A stretch of DNA of 64,000 bases. It comes from Candidatus Babeliales bacterium. Its GTDB lineage: Bacteria; Babelota; Babeliae; Babelales; JANWKD01. Each line of letters opens with the position of its first letter. The first letter of the stretch is position 1. A model generated the notes under the pieces. The model ran no database searches, was not told the origin of the DNA, and saw only the letters and a list, made by a program, of their open reading frames with translations. The position numbers and the translations under genes were made by a program. Location of the stretch: the NCBI GenBank assembly GCA_963722075.1, contig CAVRJM010000001.1, positions 1 through 64,000 on the forward strand, written 5' to 3'. Shown here in pieces: positions 60,701 through 64,000 of this stretch.

Positions 60701-62150
60701 CGGTGTTCTTGATCTGAGTCAATTTACCACCCCAAGTCAGATTATTGAATTTACGGGCCAGGTTCGTTTAGTATGTGAACCGGGCGCACGTATTATCCTT
60801 AATGGCGGTATCATGCGCTTCAGTGGTCAAGCAGAATGGTTCTTAGAACCAGAATTTGATACGCAAGTAATGGCCTTACCTGCAGTCAATGTTAATAGCA
60901 CGGATAATGTCCGCGTAAAACTAAGTGGTACCGGTATCATTGAAATGATTGAAGACTCATCAATGTTTATTGGGCAAAATGCATTCTTTGGTGTTGAGAC
61001 CTTCCCTACCTGTACACCAATCACTAATATATTGTGGGTTCTTAATAATAGCGCGAGCATTCAGATAGGGAATATTTCTAACCCAGGTGGTGCTTTCCAA
61101 GTAGGAGACACCGTTGTTACTTCTCCGGCACAATCAATTTCATTGCAACTTGAATTAAGTGGTCAAGGAGCGTTATTTGAAATTAATCAAAACGGATTCT
61201 TTGGATTAGGTGTAGGTATTGTTCAAAAACTACCTAATGACAATCCTAATACTTGGTTGGTTGGCTGCTTATCAAATGTTACTACGGTTTCCTTGGTAGT
61301 AGGTGGGCCATTTGGTATTACCGGTGCTTCACCGGGCGGAACCTTCAGCCATAATCAAATTGCACCAGGAAATTTCCCTGAAGCTTCGTTATTGGCTATT
61401 GGTTCAACGGGCAGCTATACGTTTGCATTTAATCCTGCTAACTCGGTAATTCTTGGTGGTGGTAACATGGTTCAAATTAACTGTGCACCAACCGAAGTTA
61501 TCAGATTAATTGAGAAGACAAAACGCGGCGTAATTAATGATGAAGAGCGAAATAAATTGCATAAAGAGCTTCTTCAATTATTAATATTGAACCCATTAAC
61601 GCCAATACAGATCAATAATTTGAGCTCTAATCAGGTTCAACTGCCGGTAATCACCATCGATTCTGCTAGTTTAAATGATTTGCTTAATTGCTTAAACGAT
61701 CAGGATTTAAACATTGAAGGACTTAATAGCTTTGTACAACCAACGGCGCTGAATCCAACGGTGACAACATTTGCTGGTAGCACACAAGGTGGATTAGTTC
61801 AAACTGGTATTTTGGCTGGTAAATTCTTATTGCAAGATCGTGGTAAACCAGCACAACCGACAGGGGTTTCAGCATCGGCACTATTTAACTATTTAAGTAC
61901 GGTGAATTATTTCCTTAACTTCTCGCCTAAATCTAATTTAAATTCTAATGCACTTAATCAAACAAATATGGGATTTGTAGTTAATTCCACCATTCGTCGT
62001 GATGAAGATCCAGTAATAAGAGGATCATCAGGTACTAACGTTGTGACTGCAACTCACTCATTAGATATTGGTGCGGTAGCATTTAAGCTCGATCCGGTTT
62101 CTCTTGCAAAGGTAAGTGTGCGTGAGATTTTAGGTTCCAGTAGTTTTTAG
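57735..62150 (+). CDS. Very large Cys-rich exported beta-rich protein (1471 aa)
   Basis: Signal peptide; Gly/Thr/Asn/Val-rich beta-solenoid-like composition with many Cys including CC pairs. Confidence 0.8.
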   Translation: MRKNVLLHCLALIFLVGLSISGPRLYAAPCGTTVNWHNLSDTGCGSGTTDPGITMNVIDQNIDVIGTNALVGGIHVEARTCDITISVTNGDAIITGTGNRCDGVSTAPAMLYLFAALGRTISFNLENNLAFTGTASNGVPLDLLVTASGGGTIQFILHDGKSVSFTALNAGDGGTFFIEGMTTPPTTTVIFENSSFVTTSHHHAQVIVGPRSFMGFASQIGVGSAFASLIFKSSPFRGLRLVIENGGGLNIAGFAADLTLPDFSIGDIDFSMPTNATPNFVVESLFLGDGAKIPGDGANVQIVNNNQQDCQQLLYNPFCQSTPYTGVLSGFVLTAPSTITVNDQSYIEYIGTATNTCCTFTLYDECGVPMTMQRLRNASALIVDSPSIDLPASIILNGSSAFYFVSGVSNCGTVSYDFTVNTSILSDCAGNIVLDVAGPLSIFGSSPDETTVEILSLQVAPTGCPVTVDSTLSDSNFPRRTFARQPDGHYVQYNLGAFLISSQLSFFDTSLDHTDTIHKVYEHFNLGNPNLFSEPTYIGSDSYLFPCHAGEPRPTISFVNSKFRVHNSVASTGVDFLFPNEVDLGNTSSLIFYNNGFCIDKGYGRNMILGTDICFEPCITTTDMDSHLNVFQTSADAGASNLNLWLITGFNTNCITQGIPSQAAIAGQNAVQTIFLNNGSNFSIGTNGSVGIDPTTGTPFVLTVTANVLIDGSYYSFDTRGGVLAFPQSVSTTGQGGIFVDMLGVLSLLNNRIASFGTMVTKSRNGVVNLPSNQAFFEPRVGIAEWQPNLSDPVQRLLVAPGQSLSDYTLDWGAAMKTYCCNDFCVTPYCFIPYTIEEVPAPCAAPAVTQNNLVNLPTVQGEVDQMQILRSRMGDFVHLLVDGGFIRELIFLHGFNTAEGPFGFIVMQNDSLVGLGTSHKDVDSLEASIVLGVNGVMLVPNGNANIELNEDIIINNVCHILSGTAFGLNGPNVLSISSTTPKELRIKSTGVLDLSQFTTPSQIIEFTGQVRLVCEPGARIILNGGIMRFSGQAEWFLEPEFDTQVMALPAVNVNSTDNVRVKLSGTGIIEMIEDSSMFIGQNAFFGVETFPTCTPITNILWVLNNSASIQIGNISNPGGAFQVGDTVVTSPAQSISLQLELSGQGALFEINQNGFFGLGVGIVQKLPNDNPNTWLVGCLSNVTTVSLVVGGPFGITGASPGGTFSHNQIAPGNFPEASLLAIGSTGSYTFAFNPANSVILGGGNMVQINCAPTEVIRLIEKTKRGVINDEERNKLHKELLQLLILNPLTPIQINNLSSNQVQLPVITIDSASLNDLLNCLNDQDLNIEGLNSFVQPTALNPTVTTFAGSTQGGLVQTGILAGKFLLQDRGKPAQPTGVSASALFNYLSTVNYFLNFSPKSNLNSNALNQTNMGFVVNSTIRRDEDPVIRGSSGTNVVTATHSLDIGAVAFKLDPVSLAKVSVREILGSSSF

Positions 62151-62159
62151 TTTAGCTAA

Positions 62160-62198
62160 TTTTACGAAAGCCATGTGTTTTACATGGCTTTCGTAAAA
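62160..62198 (+). terminator. Strong intergenic hairpin
   Basis: ttttacgaaagccatgt-gtttt-acatggctttcgtaaaa, a perfect 17-bp stem between two co-directional genes. Confidence 0.75.
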
Positions 62199-62223
62199 TA
62201 ATTGATATGTTAAAAGGAGCAAT

Positions 62224-64000
62224 ATGAATAAACGAAATCTTAAAATTCTTGCACTCCTTATCCTGGGTGTTACCGGGGTGAAGGCAGTGATTGATGAATT
62301 TAGAACGCCTATCCCATTGGAGCGTGGATATGCTTTTAGCCATTATCCATTTGCACGTCCTGATTATGGTGATTGCAAAAATTGGTATTTAGATATATGG
62401 GGTGCTGGATGGCATAAAAATGCTAATTTTGCATTCCCTGATAAGGATACTACAAGTAAAGTTTCCCTTTCAAATCTTTTCTTTGGCGCGCCTTCATTTA
62501 CGCTAGCACAAATAGTTACGCCAGGAACGTTGCCTCCTGCTTATTCATTATTAAGTCTGACATCGCTTACGCCAACATTTGATTATAATGAAATTGGCGC
62601 TATTTTTGGTGTTAATTTAGAAACAGTTTTTGGTTGTGATTGTCAATGGCATGCCGGGGTTCGTGCCCGTGTTCCTTTTCGTTCTTTAAAGACGGCACTT
62701 AATAGTTGTTGTGCCCTTGAAGAAAGCACTTCAATTACCGATCTATATGTTCTCGATAATGAACGTGTAAACTGTCCAACTTGTAATGTTGATGTTCCAG
62801 TAGGTATGGAAGAAACGGTTCAAGATGTTTTTGCCATTCGACTCGATTTAGCCTCAGCATTATTTGAGCAGCAATCGGGTGTTCCACCTTTAACTCAATT
62901 ATTAGTATATGGTAACGGAACTACGACACCGCCACCGGTGGGCGATACAGAGATGTTTGGTATTGATATTACCAACGTAAGCCCTGGATTAACGCCAGTT
63001 TATCTTATAGAAAGTGATGGTGGTGGCATACCAACGCCTCCTTTTGGTTTAATACAACCAGATGTTGCAGACTTACCAATGTTACCACTAAGTGGTGTTG
63101 GTGCTGGTACAGGAAGTAGGTATGTATTTGAAGCTGTCGCGCCTTATGCCGGTAGTCCGATAGCAACAAATCCAGCGTTGCAAAAGAACTTCTGGATTGC
63201 TCCTGCTATCAATAATAGCGCTGCTGATCCTGATCTAGATTTAGTAGATGATGCTGATACGATTAGAAATGAACTTAATACATTACTACAATTTCACCAA
63301 ATTAATAATATATCCGGTCTTGCGTTGTTAAGTAGCGGTACTAATGCTGTTAGCTTTGACACTATCGAAAATAACGGCCTTGGTAATTTTGATCTTGAAT
63401 TCTATCTTCGCCATGATTTATGCGATTGCTGCGTAGGTCATTTATTTGCAGAAGGTATTATTGGTGCACGTTTCCCAACTGACACACGCGTAACCGCAAC
63501 AAATAATTTATTATTAGTGCCTACCGGCAATAATAAACATTACGAAGCTAAGATTGGTGGTTTTGTAGGCTGGAGCCCTATTGAATGGTTTGCGGTAAAA
63601 GCTGACGCGTGGTATTATTGGGTGCTTTCAAAAAAAGAAACAGTACCTGCACCATTTATGGGCGCTACCGTTGCTAATATTGGGCCTGGCGTTCCTGCTA
63701 AAGTGAGATGGAGTTACTTCATTGGTGATATTGATTTCACGTTCTTAATTCCGTGTCTTGATTCGTATGTTGGATTCGATGTTGGTTATCAGGCATGGGT
63801 AAAACAAAAAACTCATGTAGATCTCAGTGTCAGTTCAGCTACAAGCTTCTTTGGTACTGTATTACCGCTTGATGCAACTATTCTTGAAAATAATACAAAA
63901 CGTGTTGCACATACTATCAAAGCAGAAATATTTAGACAAACATGTGATTGGCAAATTTATGCTGGTTGGAATCATGCCGTTGCAGGTAAAAATGCATTGA
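62224..64000 (+). CDS. Cys-rich putative outer-membrane beta-barrel protein, 3'-truncated by the window edge; absent from the ORF track
   Basis: RBS aaggag, ATG 62224 MNKRNLKILALLILGVTGVKA, open to 64000 (...GWNHAVAGKNAL). PTGNNKH and AGKNA match PFGNDGH and AQRNA of 41730..43340. Confidence 0.8.
   Translation, partial: MNKRNLKILALLILGVTGVKAVIDEFRTPIPLERGYAFSHYPFARPDYGDCKNWYLDIWGAGWHKNANFAFPDKDTTSKVSLSNLFFGAPSFTLAQIVTPGTLPPAYSLLSLTSLTPTFDYNEIGAIFGVNLETVFGCDCQWHAGVRARVPFRSLKTALNSCCALEESTSITDLYVLDNERVNCPTCNVDVPVGMEETVQDVFAIRLDLASALFEQQSGVPPLTQLLVYGNGTTTPPPVGDTEMFGIDITNVSPGLTPVYLIESDGGGIPTPPFGLIQPDVADLPMLPLSGVGAGTGSRYVFEAVAPYAGSPIATNPALQKNFWIAPAINNSAADPDLDLVDDADTIRNELNTLLQFHQINNISGLALLSSGTNAVSFDTIENNGLGNFDLEFYLRHDLCDCCVGHLFAEGIIGARFPTDTRVTATNNLLLVPTGNNKHYEAKIGGFVGWSPIEWFAVKADAWYYWVLSKKETVPAPFMGATVANIGPGVPAKVRWSYFIGDIDFTFLIPCLDSYVGFDVGYQAWVKQKTHVDLSVSSATSFFGTVLPLDATILENNTKRVAHTIKAEIFRQTCDWQIYAGWNHAVAGKNAL

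Noticed and set aside
62152..62343. 63-aa minus-strand ORF
   Set aside because: It overlaps the hairpin and the real plus-strand gene starting at 62224.
1..64000. Stop-codon reassignment as the cause of interrupted genes
   Set aside because: Housekeeping genes are intact under code 11 and end in TAA, TAG or TGA; the interruptions are mostly frameshifts.

Overview
AT-rich bacterial chromosome segment. The gene content suggests a protist-associated intracellular bacterium, most plausibly Candidatus Dependentiae/Babelota (TM6); this is an inference from the many signal-peptide orphan ORFs, ankyrin/LRR/WD40-like effectors and Cys-rich exported proteins, as no marker RNA gene lies in the window. 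Housekeeping genes include sufS, sufU, nurA, atpI-atpB-atpE, a folC-like gene, tsaC, a type IV pilin and pilD, rbfA, rpsU, gltX, an Omp85-family gene and potABCD. The most striking accessory elements are: (1) four tandem paralogues (10890-18636), each with a signal peptide, a coiled-coil stalk carrying four in-register Cys-Cys pairs (spacing 25/25/36 aa), a beta-helix head and a conserved C-terminal GPFAGxNLF motif, a candidate disulfide-crosslinked surface fibre system; (2) a polymorphic toxin-immunity locus with an orphan toxin-tip/immunity cassette; (3) four exported coiled-coil proteins sharing a TxxD(L/F) neck motif; (4) an F-ATPase c subunit made of four fused hairpins, one lacking its carboxylate; (5) nested palindromic REP-like elements; (6) a 1471-aa Cys-rich exported protein followed by a putative beta-barrel gene running off the window end. 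Several frameshifts sit in homopolymers and may be sequencing errors. No rRNA, tRNA or CRISPR array was recognised.
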